A DNA stretch of 64,000 nucleotides from Vitrella brassicaformis CCMP3155 (taxonomy: Eukaryota; Protista; Chromerida), in contig CDMY01000408.1 of the NCBI GenBank assembly GCA_001179505.1, positions 1 to 64,000 on the forward strand, given 5' to 3'. Positions 11,637-23,360 of this stretch are shown here, piece after piece. Every line of letters begins with the position of its first letter. Within the stretch, counting starts at the first letter, position 1. The notes under the pieces were generated by a model. The model worked only from the letters and a program-made list of their open reading frames with translations. It was not told the DNA's origin and searched no databases. A program made the translations under genes and the position numbers.

Positions 11637-11855
11637 ATCTACAAGCAGGCCAGACAGAGAGACAAGAGAGACAGACACACACACAGACAAAGAGAAGTGG
11701 AAGAGATGTGAGGAACACAGTCGAAGACGTCACCCTCCGTCTCTCTTCGGTCTGTCTGTCTTTGCGTGCGTACCTGCGCCAAGGTAGGCAAGTCAGCTGT
11801 TGTCCTAGAACGGACCACCGAACCAGGCCGGCAAGGAAGGAAGAAAGACAGCCCG

Positions 11856-11886
<31 letters not shown>

Positions 11887-12912
11887 ACGGCCCCAAGCAC
11901 CAAACGACAAACAAGACCATCACAAACACCAAACTAACAAGAGCTAGCTAGCTAGCTACGCAGACAAACATACAGACAGACAAATATGTACATACGTACA
12001 CACATAGACACACGTATGCTGTCTGTCTCTACTTCTCTATAATTTACATTCTCTGTTTGTTTTGTACGGATGAAAATTGCGATGAATTGGGATGGATTGG
12101 GATGAATTGCGATGAATTGGAATGAATTGCGATGAATTGGGATGAATTGCGATGCGTCTGTCTGCCTGTCTGTGGAGGAGCGGAGGGAGGAATTAGCTGG
12201 ATTGAGGGTTTTGATAAGGGCGAATTAAGGGAGAAGGCCGTTGGTGGGGGGTGTTTGTTGTTATATTGCCGTGGTGCCGAGTTTCGTTACCATTTGTTTG
12301 GAGCGTAGAAGGCCATGAGGCGGGCGGGCGATGAGGCGATGGGCGTCGATCGAGGGAGAGATGAGGAGGAGGAGGAGGAGGAGGAGGAGGAGAGCTTGGG
12401 CGCTTGCATCTACGAGCAGGCCAGACAGAGACACACAAAGAGTGGATGACATATGAGATGTAACAAACCGTCTCTCTCCTGTCTCTCCTGTCTGTCTTTA
12501 CGTGCGTACCTGCGCGTTGGGTATGCCGCCATACCACGAACGAACAAGGGAAGGAAGACAGCCCCCCTATCTGTCTGTCTGTCTACAGCCGCAAGCACCA
12601 AACGACAAACAAAAGCCTCACAAACAACTAGCAAGAGCTAGCTAGCTACACATACATACACATACACGTATGCTGTCTTTAGTATCATGCGATGCGTGTG
12701 TGTGTGGAGGAGCGGAGGAGTTTGTTGATCTGATGGCTTTCATTAAGCAGACAAGGATAGGGCCGTCGGTGGTTGCGTGTTTTTTGGCGTGGCGTCAATT
12801 CGCATCCACAAGTCGGGGCCGGGTTTCGTCACCATTTGTTTGAAGCGTAGAAGACCATGAGGCGGGTGGGCGGTGAGGCGATGGAGAGAGATATGAGGAG
12901 GAGCGAGCTTGC
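11637..12912. repeat. Tandem duplication of a non-coding unit (copy 1 ~11637-12406, copy 2 ~12407-12912)
   Basis: Shared collinear blocks: agcaggccagacagagac; tgcgtgcgtacctgcgc; gcaccaaacgacaaac; aagagctagctagct; tgtggaggagcggag; catttgttt..gcgtagaag.ccatgaggcggg.gggcg.tgaggcgatgg. Confidence 0.85.
12081..12150. repeat. 10-bp minisatellite, consensus GATGAATTG[C/G], 7 units
   Basis: Read directly from the sequence; two units carry single substitutions. Confidence 0.95.
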
Positions 12913-13144
12913 TCCTTCTTTCTTGAGAGAAAGGGACGATGGGGGCAACTCCCGCGGACGCGACGCCTTGTCGTCGACGGCGGCGCTACACCAGAATGTA
13001 CTCAACTTTCCTCGTTTGTTTCCGCTCACCGGGTTTTCCTTTCTTTTCTTTTCCAGGAAGAAAAGAGGCTGTCTGTGAAGCAGCAAAGGCAAAATTCGGA
13101 ATATTCTGAACACCTGATTCATTGAATACTTTGTTCACCTGTTG

Positions 13145-13570
13145 AAGACTCTATCGAGAAAAGGAGACGGCCATCAGGAGAAGAAAGATTCCATCTGCAC
13201 ACACAACAATGCCCAAGGACTGATCACACACATCCGACAATGCATTCATCCGCACACCATCCAATACCACACCACCATCGCCGCAGGCGAGAAGCACCCA
13301 TGGAATCCATCGCCAGGTCACCACACATATGTGAGGTTGCTCAGAGGGCAGAGGCGATGGGCAGGCCTGACTCACACCACCACACATGAGCGCACCACAC
13401 CACGTCACCACACACATGAACTGACCTCTTGAGGACACCATCGAGAAAGGAGACAACCATTAGGAGAAAAACCCAAAATCTCATCTGCGCACAGGAATGA
13501 CAGCAGATGAGAATCTGATCACCGCAGCATCCCTTAGCATTCTTCATACACCATACCATCACCGCAGCCA
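13145..13570. repeat. Second imperfect direct duplication (~13145-13330 vs ~13430-13570)
   Basis: atcgagaaaaggagacggccatcaggagaagaaa vs atcgagaaaggagacaaccattaggagaaaa; caccaccatcgccgcagg vs cataccatcaccgcagcc. Confidence 0.6.
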
Positions 13571-13984
13571 ACCAAAAGACATGACACGACGTATAGTACT
13601 CACCTGAGGATGCTCAAAGCTTGAAGACGAAAGAAGGTGCGCCCACTCAGCTGACGCCATACAGCTTTCAGGCAGTCGCCACCCGCTCAGCAGCAGCCGG
13701 CAGGGTGACACCGGAGGAGTCCTCGCTCGTGGCCCGGCGGTAGGGAAAGGACGGGTAAGATTTCATCAGGACGAGTTGGGAGGGGCGGAAGGGGATGGGG
13801 CGGACCACATAAGCCGAAAAGCAGATGAAAAGGGAAAGAAACGCGGGATCTGTGGCCGAGAGAAGGCTGAAAGCGCGATGCGGAGCCAAAAATGTGAAAA
13901 GCGGGACGAAATTTCTGTGTCGGGGGCTCGTCGGGGTTCGAAATTTCTCGTCCCGTCTCCAATTCTCGCCATGCGAGCTCGCGA

Positions 13985-13998
13985 AAACCCTAAACCCT
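13985..13998 (+). promoter_or_regulatory. Telobox-like (AAACCCT)2 upstream of the methyltransferase ATG
   Basis: aaaccctaaaccct, ~21 nt before ATG 14020. Confidence 0.45.
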
Positions 13999-14019
13999 GA
14001 AACTGAAAAAACCCAAGAG

Positions 14020-15106
14020 ATGGAAAGCCCGGCTGTTTTCAATGCTTCGCATTACCCCGATGGCGTGAATGCCAACTTCGTCAATTCGACAGAGGAGCAG
14101 CTCAAAGAAAAATACGGCAATGGTACCGACCGTGCGGAGGCGAACGCGAATCTATGCGTTCATTCGGTGCTCATGATGAACTGTTTATGTGCTGCTGGTG
14201 TGTGCAGGCAGCGGTTTGTTTGAAGATCCTGAGCAGCGTGACATCGCCAAGTGCAAGGACGCCATCCTCAAGGCGCTCCGTCAGCACTGTCATCTGTCGC
14301 CCGGCTGTTGCCTGGTTGATGTGGGGGCTGGCACCGGCCTCTTCCTCAAGGACTTCTCGGCCATCATCGGCAATCAAGGTAGGTGCTATGTGGACATGTA
14401 TGGCTGCTTTGATCATGCATATCGATGGGTGGGTGCTGATGGATGTGTTCTGGATGGATGCTGCAGGAAGCATCTATGCGTGCGAGTTGAGTGATGGGTT
14501 TCTGGGGCTGCTGGAGCGCCTGTGCGACGAGGAGGGGCTCACCAACGTCATTACTGTCAAGACCTCAGACACCTCTCTGCAGCTGCCTGAAAGTGCCAAA
14601 AGGGTATGAGCGCCGGAGTGAGGAGTACGAGTACAGATCACCGCTGCCTGCCGTGCATTCGCTATGCATGTGTGCTTGTCCCGTGCAGGCGGCCGACTTG
14701 GTGTTCATCTGTGACGTGTACCACCACTTTGAGTACCCCCGGACCTTCATCAGACACATCGCCGATGACGTCATCAAGCCGGACACCGGGCTGCTTGTCG
14801 TCATTGATTTCCACCGGATCCCGGAGAAAATTTGGTCACGGCCGCCTGAGTGGGTGCTGGACCACGTGAGGGCGGGGCAGGACACATTCAAACAAGAGGT
14901 GCGTGAGAAATGCACTACACTCAGGGAGGGAGGGAGGGAGGGAGGATGGAAGAGGGATTTTGCGTGTGGTGTGTGCTGATGGTGTGGTGTGCATGCAGAT
15001 AGAGGAGAGCGGCTTTGAGTATCTAAGCGATGTCGAGGTGGAGGGAATGCGCGAGAACTACATGATGACATTCCGACCCAGGAAAGAGCCTACTGCTGGT
15101 GACTGA
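14020..15106 (+). CDS. Class I SAM-dependent methyltransferase (UbiE/Methyltransf_11-like); ~5 exons
   Basis: Motif I LVDVGAGTGLF; IYACELS; DLVFICDVYHHFEYP; LVVIDFHR; PEWVLDHVRAGQDTFKQE|IEESGF; GT-AG introns. Confidence 0.9.
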
Positions 15107-15371
15107 TGTCGCCGGCCGGCCGGCCGGTTAGCTGGCTGGCTGGCTGGCGTACCTTGCTGCTTCGTGTGTGCATTTAGTCATCAGATTGTTTGGTTGCATG
15201 TGATGTGCGTGAGAGTGTGTGACTCTACTCTACCTACCCCAGCAAACATCAATCAGCCGCTGAAACATCATTTATTCGAGTGCGTGTCCGTCCGTCTGCA
15301 CACCAGCTGAGCTATGCACACAGTACACACACGTACATACGGTATACACAACACATCCAGCCATCCACCGG

Positions 15372-18300
15372 TCAGTCATCTTCATCTGCATCATCGTAGT
15401 CGTCACCACCGTGTTCCTGCTGCGGGTGTATGTCCTCGTCTATGCCCTCGTCCGCCTCGGGCAGGTCCGCCAGCGGCTGACCCACACCCCGATACACATC
15501 CTCTAGCAGCGAACTGCACACACATACACACACACACACACACATAAATGTGTGTTGCGGTCGGTCGTCTCTCTGCTGCTGTGTCCGGGGCTGTGTGGCT
15601 GACCGGTCCACATAGGGCCCGAGGGCGATTTTGGCGCCACGCATTTTCTCGATGAGCTCAAAGGCATCATCAAACTTGCGGACGGACGCATAATACCTGA
15701 CACGGCAAGAGAGAGAGAGACAGACAGACAGACCGACACACGAGTGGTGGGCTCTGTCGGGACCCTGGGGCGTGGGTGTGTGTGTCTCACTCGATGAGTT
15801 GTGCGTATACGTCTCCCGCGCGTATGGCTGTCTCGAGGTCAGTCTGACCCAGCAACGCCCGGCACACCTGACAGACAGACACATATGTGTAAGCAGCCAC
15901 ATGGATGGATGGATGGCTGGCTGGATGGCTGGCTGGATGGCTGAGTCTGTCTCACTTTGATCATTTCCTGTGGGTCTGATTTCATCATCCTGCGGGCTGA
16001 CGCAAACCTGATCCATACCATCCATCCAGCCACCCACCGTATGTGTGTGGCTCCGTTGATTGCGTTGATTGCACCCACCCACTCCACTGACTTGTCGACC
16101 AGCTGTATCCTCCGCTGCAGCGCCACCACGCGTGTATCGTGTTCAATGCCGGGCGGCATGTGTGTGTCCTTGTCGATGCCCAGGGACCTCAGGAAGGCCT
16201 TGAGTGCCTCCTTGAGCAGCCCCGCGGCCTTGTCGTAGTCTCGATACTCGTCCACCTCCACCTGACTGCAGCTGTCGTAGAACTGGCTGAGCTTGTCGAA
16301 GGCCTTGGCCTTGGTGTAGAAGCTGATGATGTTCCTGGTCACCTCGGGGTCCGATTGCCACTCCAGGCCTTGCAGGTAGTTGGCCGCCAAGATGTACACC
16401 TCGGCTTGACGAGCTGTGCCTACACACACGCACAGACAAAGGGCGGCCATGCGGATGGCCATGCGGCCATGCATGTGTGTGAGGGGGGGGTGTATTAGGG
16501 TATGTGCCTGCGAAGAAGACGATTTTCTGGGTGTCGCCTGCCTTGAGCAGGCTCTTCATGGCCTTGACTTTGTCGCCAGCTTGGGTGAACTTCTTGCATG
16601 CGAGCTGGAAGAGCCCCTGACGCTTGCACACCTTGCCCAGACGACCCAGCAAATCAGACCGGACGTCGGCTGACATCCGGATACACACACGCACACACAC
16701 ACACACACACATACACACACAGCTACCAGCCATGCACTCACTCATCCCCAATGGTGGTGGCTGTTGTGTGTCCATCTGTATGCATACCGGAGAGTTGGTT
16801 CTTGTCAGGTGTCATTTTCTCGACCAGGTCCTCGCTGAGCGGCACATCGTGGGCCTCACACAACTCTATCGCCTGAATGCACATCATGGGTTCGCTTCGG
16901 TTCGGTTCGGTGTGTGTCTTGTTCTTGTCTGGCGCCTCGATTGCCTCTCTCACCCGTTCGTATTGCTTGGTGGCGCTGAGGAGCCCGACCGCCTTGTCAG
17001 GCTGCTCGTTGGCTATCAGGAACTCGGCACACCTACACATACATGCGCACACCATCCATCCACTGCTGGTGCGTTTGCGGCCCGGATGAGGTAGGTACCT
17101 GGTGAGCAGCTGCGGGTCGGCCTCCTTGCTGAGCTCGTCTGCGATGCGTCTGAGCCCGTCGACCAGGTGGTGCTCGAGGCATATGTCGACGGCCTTGCGC
17201 ACCTGGCCCGCCTTGCTGTACAACACCACAGCCTTGGACGCCTGGCCACGCTGAACACACCAATCCAATCAGCCCACCAACCGACCCTTCCACCCACACA
17301 CACAGACGTGCATCGGTGTGTTCCTTTCTATTCAGTGGCCGACGGCTGACGCTTGACGGACGGACCAGTAGGTAGTATCGTGCTGCGGCTGACATTTCCG
17401 TGGTGGTGGACGAGAGGGCCATGCCCATCAGATCGCTCTCAAGGCCGGCGTCCTGCGCAACCCTGTGCACACAAACAACCGTCACACGCACACAACACAC
17501 GACATACGCACACACAGGGGGGCGGGCATGTGTGTGTGTGTGTGTGTGTGCGGGGATTACCTGATTGCCTGTCTGACGCGCCCGGTCTTGCTGTACCAGT
17601 GGATGGCATCCTTCGGCCGACCCTCCAACTCCAAATGCCTGGTTGGCGGCGCCGACACACACATACACACACACACATACACACACACATTGATTCCATT
17701 CGTGCGACTTCGGTTCCTTCCCCCATGCGGCGCACTTGGCAAGATGGTAACATGCGGCTGCGTCATTGGTGTCGTTGCAGATCTGCACTGCCGACTTGAC
17801 GTTCTGACACACACAAAGGCGCACATCAGATGGTCTGTGCACCAACCATATGGTCGAGGGGGGCATGTGCCCACCGACCTGGTTGAGGCAGTGCAGGCGG
17901 ACGAGAGCCACCCAGTCGTCAGCCTTGCGATAGTACCGCATCGATCCATCCAGGTCGCCACACGACTCGTAGTAGGACGCCAGCCACCTCCACACAACAC
18001 ACACACCAGTTCAGTTGAATGTCCTGCCTGACTGAACGGCACGGCGTATGTATGTGTGGTGGCTGACTGAGTGACTGACTGACTGACTGACACACTTGTA
18101 GAGGCGTTTGTCTTCGGCCTGGTCGACGTAGGCGGTGAGTTCTTCCACCTTTCCAGCGGCCTGCAGCATGCGCGGCACCTCCCACGCGTGGACCTGAGCC
18201 GCCTCGTAGTCACTGTGAGTGACACAGAGGGAGGGAGGGGTCCCTATGCACGTGTGTTGTGTTGTGTTGTCTATTGGAGTGAGTGTGGATGTGTGTGTGT

Positions 18301-20879
18301 GTGTGGATGGTATGGCTACGAGATAGCGTCTTGGGTTTGTCCGGTGCTCTCGTGGTACTGTGCTGCGGCGTAGTGAGTGCTGCGGAGGTGAATGCGGTCC
18401 TTGTCAGACGCGACCTACACACACACACACACACACATGGATGGATGGATGGATAAATGGATGGATGGTGGCCACCACACCATAGAGAGCCCCAACTCAC
18501 TCACTCAGTCACCTGCAGTGCCTTGTCGAATTGTGCGCATGTTTGGTGCAGCTGGTTGAGCAGGTCATACCGCCCGCACTGCTCATACAGACGACTCGCC
18601 TCATCAACCAAACCTGCATGCCATGCAGCACATGTCGTGTCACATTATACACACACCATTGCCATTCACCGAGATGCAGCGCCACGACAGCCAGCCTCGC
18701 GTCGACTTCAGGCTCCTCACATTCCCTACACACACGCGCAGAAAAACTGCTAGCTGTCCTCAGCTCTCTCTGCCACCCCCAGGACCGACCCACCTGAGTG
18801 CCGCAGCAGCGGTGGCATGTCCCAGCTCAGCGAGGCACTTGGCGGCCACGTCGAGCCTCTGTGTCTTGACGCACATCTTGGCCATCGACAGCCACACGGT
18901 GCGGCTCTCCACCCCCTGCACTGACCGGTACGCCTCGTCAGTGTTGCCCGCAGCCAAATGGTAAGAGAAATCCATAAGCGCCTCTTAAGAAATCACCACA
19001 CACACACAAACATAGGTGGATGGATGGACGGATGGACGGATGGGTGTGTGGCTGGCTCACTGGCAGTTTTGGCGTCTACGTGTTCCAGGCCAGCGAGGTC
19101 CCTGAGTGTGCGGCGGAGTATGCGTGTGGTGTCGGTGTCCGAACCGCCCGCTCCTGTCATGGGCAGCAAGTACACGAACGGGGCCGCCAGAGCGACCGGC
19201 ATCAGACACACATCGCCGCTCTCGTCCTCTTGACATGCCACACAATCCTATACCGTCACACACACACACACACACGTGTGCGCCTTTCTCTGTGTGTTTG
19301 TGTGTGTGGTTGGCCCGGCCCACCTGTCTGACAATGCGTCCGTCAGGTGTGACGAAGAGTGTGAGCAGATGGGGGCCGGTCAGGGGCGGGGGCGAGTCCG
19401 CATTGGCGTCATCGGCGGACAGCGTGACGGTCTCACCGACCTGGCAATCAACACAACACACCCAGACAGACAGATCACACAGACAGTGGAACCGTTACAC
19501 ACAGCACACTGGTGTTGGGTGTGGTGTACTGTGCTGGTTACCTGGCTGTCAGCGAGACCGTCGCTATCGTCATCCAGCGATCGCTGAGGGGCCATCTCGC
19601 ACGCCTGATCGACCCATCGACCCACCCATACAGCCATCTATCCATCCACACATAGTATAGTCCTCTTCCCTCTCTTTCTCACCATGAACCTGGGGTCTGT
19701 GGCGTCCCACATGTGCGACACGGGCGCCCACTGATGGCCCACACTATACCTGTAAACAACACGCACACAGAGAGAGAGAGAGAGAGAGAAACAGAAAAAG
19801 GTGAGTGTATGCCCCATGTCCCGTACACACACACACACACACACACATCCAGCTATACAGCTACACTTGACTGACCTGAGAAATCTTGACTGACCTGAGG
19901 AATCTGTCGGATTCAGCGTCATAGATGAACAGCCGCGGGTCGGCAATCCTGACGTCCCCCTCAGCCGTCACCCCCTGGTCAACCAGCAGGCTCAGCCGCG
20001 TGCCGCTGCAGTTGACTCGCACCGACCGCACGTGGCCCAAGGGCACGCTGCTCCCGCCCGCTGACTCCTCAAATCTACACATACCATCACACACACACAC
20101 ACACAAATGCACCCGTGTGTGTGTGCTCGGAAGGATTGGAGACATACCGTCTTGGGACTCCCATGGGTTTTGGTTCGGCCCGCGCCAGGTTCCATATCCT
20201 GAGGACATTCTTGTCGGTGCAGGCGGCGAGGTACCCACCGTGAGTATCGAGCAGACGGGGGGCGCCCTCCATCTCACCGCTGAACGTGAGAGACTTCCGC
20301 ACCGCCCCCTGCATGACAAAGGGAGGGAGGGAGGGACACATAAGGGATGGCTGGCTGTCGGCCGGGGGCTTCATCACATGCTCGCTTATTAAGTACCTTG
20401 ACAGAGAGGATGTCGATCTTCAGCCCTGATGCGACGTAGATCTGCCGGTCGTCCTTGGATACCTGTGTGTGTGAACATAGAAACGTACCAACAGGGCTGC
20501 CTGTGTGTGTGTGTGTGTGTGTGTGCACATGGACACACACGTACGTGCATTGCGACGGTCCGCACTTTGGGGTACTTGAACGACCCCGCACTCTCAAACT
20601 CCAAAGACCGCTCGTCGACCTCATACACGTGAATCTGACCCACACCCACACACAGCTCTATAGCCATCCACACACACACATAGATACAAAAAAGGAGCAG
20701 ACCTGCGAGTTGTTCCAGACGAGGACGAGTGGCGGCCCGACGACCACCCCCTTGATGCGGAACGGGGGCGACACGCACATCGGTGTGTGTGCGGGGGGGC
20801 CGTCGGACGGCGATGCAGCAAAAGTCGGATGGAGCGGCGTCACCATGCGATCGAGCAACACCTTCATCGGACCCACCTG

Positions 20880-20910
<31 letters not shown>

Positions 20911-22635
20911 ACACCAATCACACCAAACACACCAAACACGGGTCCACACGATGCTGTGTGCCGATCTTCCCTCCCTTAATCCATCTGTCTGTACTTGGAC
21001 AGCGAGTAGGGGTGGTTTGGCTGAGGCCGTGAGTGGGGTCTCTGCCAGCACTGTGCAGGCGTCCTTGTTGTATGCGAGCAGCAGGTGCTCGCCGGGCCCC
21101 CACTGGATGCCGGCCAGCTGCGGCAGGTGCAGGTGCATCGTCGGCAAAGCCGCCCACTGCTCGTCAGACGTGGACAGACGGTGGTGCAGACTAGACAGGC
21201 CGCAACGCCACTGATCCATTGACAAACACACAAACAGCACTGCATCAAGGAGAGAGAGAGAGATAAGGTGTGTGTGTGTGTGTGCCTGTACGACTCGGCC
21301 GTCTTTGGTGCCGACGGCCACGACGCGCTTGCGGGGGTTGTAGGCGATGCAGCACGCTTTGTCGCCTGACGAATAATGGACGCAGCACAGACAGACACGA
21401 ACCGAACCATGTGTGTGTGTCCGTTATGCATTCAGACATATAGACATACATACCCGGCAGCCGTGTGCCGGTCTCTCCGTGCAGCGGCAGGAGGAAGTTC
21501 TCGTCATCGACGAGGTTCCAGAAGCGCACCAGGCTCTCTTGCGACACCGTGGCCAGCACACCAGTGCCCCCACCGCACCCACCACTACCACTCGCCCACA
21601 CCCCTACACACACACACACACAACACACATGGGAATGGGATGGACGGGGGAGATGAGAGGACGGTTCGTTCATGGCCGACCAGTGATGGTCTCGGGGTTG
21701 GGTCCACAGGAGAGTTTGGTTTTGGTCTCGTTGACGACGGCGCCCTCGTGGTTGAGGTTGAACTGGATCAGCAGCACGCTGCGCGTCACTATCACCACAC
21801 GGTCGTCGTCATGCAAATATTCCAACACCGCCAAAGGATGACCCACCTTGTACCTATCACACGGTCGCACACACGCGCCGCGCCTCCCTGTTGGCCCTCT
21901 CTCCCTCCCCCAAGCACCATCTCACCCACCTTTCGGCACACGCATTGGTGTCATCGGCGTGGTAGAGGACGCCCCCCTCGCCCCCGAAGAAGAATGGCGG
22001 TGTGGGGTGGATGTCCCCCGTGTGTGTGTGTGTGCGGAAGACCACGTGTGTCTGGGCGCCGCTCCGGCGATAGTGGCACACGGGGGACGAGTGGCAGCGG
22101 CCGTCGATCTTCCACACGTACACCAAACCTGTGTAGTAGTGTAGAACAACCCAATGACACAGCGAAAGATCTCTCTCTCTCTCTCTCTCCCCTCAGCTGC
22201 CTTACCGGTGGTGTCAGTGGTGACGAGCCGCGTGCCGGCGGGGTTGAATGCGATGCAGCAGATCTCGTCCTTGTGGGCCTCCCTCTCCTCCCGCCAGCCC
22301 CCCTCGCCCCCCATGTCCGTCCAGAAGACCAGACACCCGTCCCGCCATCCCCCCACCAGCAGGTGCCCACCCACCTGGCCTATCGACGGCCGGTGCTTCC
22401 TGCTCGACGGCTGCCACGCAAGAGCTGTGCAGTCGGCAGACGGGCGCGTCAGGGCCACGGGGGCGTTGGATGAGCCTCCTCCGCTGATGAGTGGGTCGCC
22501 CTCCTCTCTGTAGATGGCGAGGGAGTGGTCGGTGCAGGCCACGGCCAGCAGGGGCGGGAGGTCAGGGGCGCGGGACCAGCACGCCGTCACAATGGGTGCG
22601 CTCGTGGGCACTCGGAAATCAAAATACGTCGACAT
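15372..22635 (-). CDS. IFT140: Intraflagellar transport protein 140 (IFT-A; N-terminal WD40, C-terminal TPR-like); many exons
   Basis: MSTYFDF...PLLAVACTDHSLAIYREEG; LATVSQESLVRFWNLVDDENFLL; VWLSMAKMCVKTQRLDVAAKCLAELGHA; CKRQGLFQLACKKFTQAGDKVKAMKSLLKAGDTQKIVFFA; EVYILAANYLQ...IISFYTKAKAF; QVEVDEYRDYDKA. These match remembered IFT140 motifs. Confidence 0.95.
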
Positions 22636-23360
22636 TGCGAAGTGTGCCGCAGTTCAAAGCTACTCAGTCAGCGCTGCTATACTACATGCAGCCGCCGGGC
22701 AAGACACCCACACCGCGGCCTGGCCTGATCTCGCCAAGCCTGAAAGACAAGCTTGATGCGCACTCACTCGATCCATTTTTCTGTGTGTTCATCGTGCAAT
22801 CGTGTGAGTCATACCGTGAGAAGGAAGGCTCCGTGGCCAGATCTCTTTGGGGAACACTGTTCTCACAAGCTCGCACGATCGTTCACATCTAACATCGGGC
22901 ATGAGTGATACCTCCAGTGACCAAAATCATGTAGGTGCAACAAAACTCAGTGGGTGCAGTGCGAGAGGGGTTTTGTTGCAGTGCGTTGCAATAGGGAGGT
23001 CCGAAGTACCCGTCCGAAGCTTCGACCTCGGTCCGTAAATGCACATGGCTCCACTTGACAGGGCACGGGTCGATGAGCATCACACATATGTCGATGAAGA
23101 GCTCCGCGCACACGGCCACAGGGTGCGTGAGACGACCACACACCCCGCAGACATGTACCACGGGCTCCACATCGACATTTGTGTTTCACCGTACGCCCGA
23201 CAGGATTCGTCAGCATCACACACACACACACTTTCCCCCCCGGCAACGCAGTACACACGATGTGTGTATGTGTGTGTGCCCACCCCCGTACAGTACATGG
23301 TGTACTTTGTACCCTGTACCCCTACCACACAACATAACATAGACAGACTGACTGACTGAT

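Noticed and set aside
12069-12155. CRISPR-like appearance of the 10-bp array and the 48-bp repeat at 48314
   Set aside because: No unique spacers, no cas genes, eukaryotic context.
22889-23359. Short ORFs between IFT140 and the WD40 gene
   Set aside because: No recognisable motif or consistent splice structure; probably UTR or promoter.
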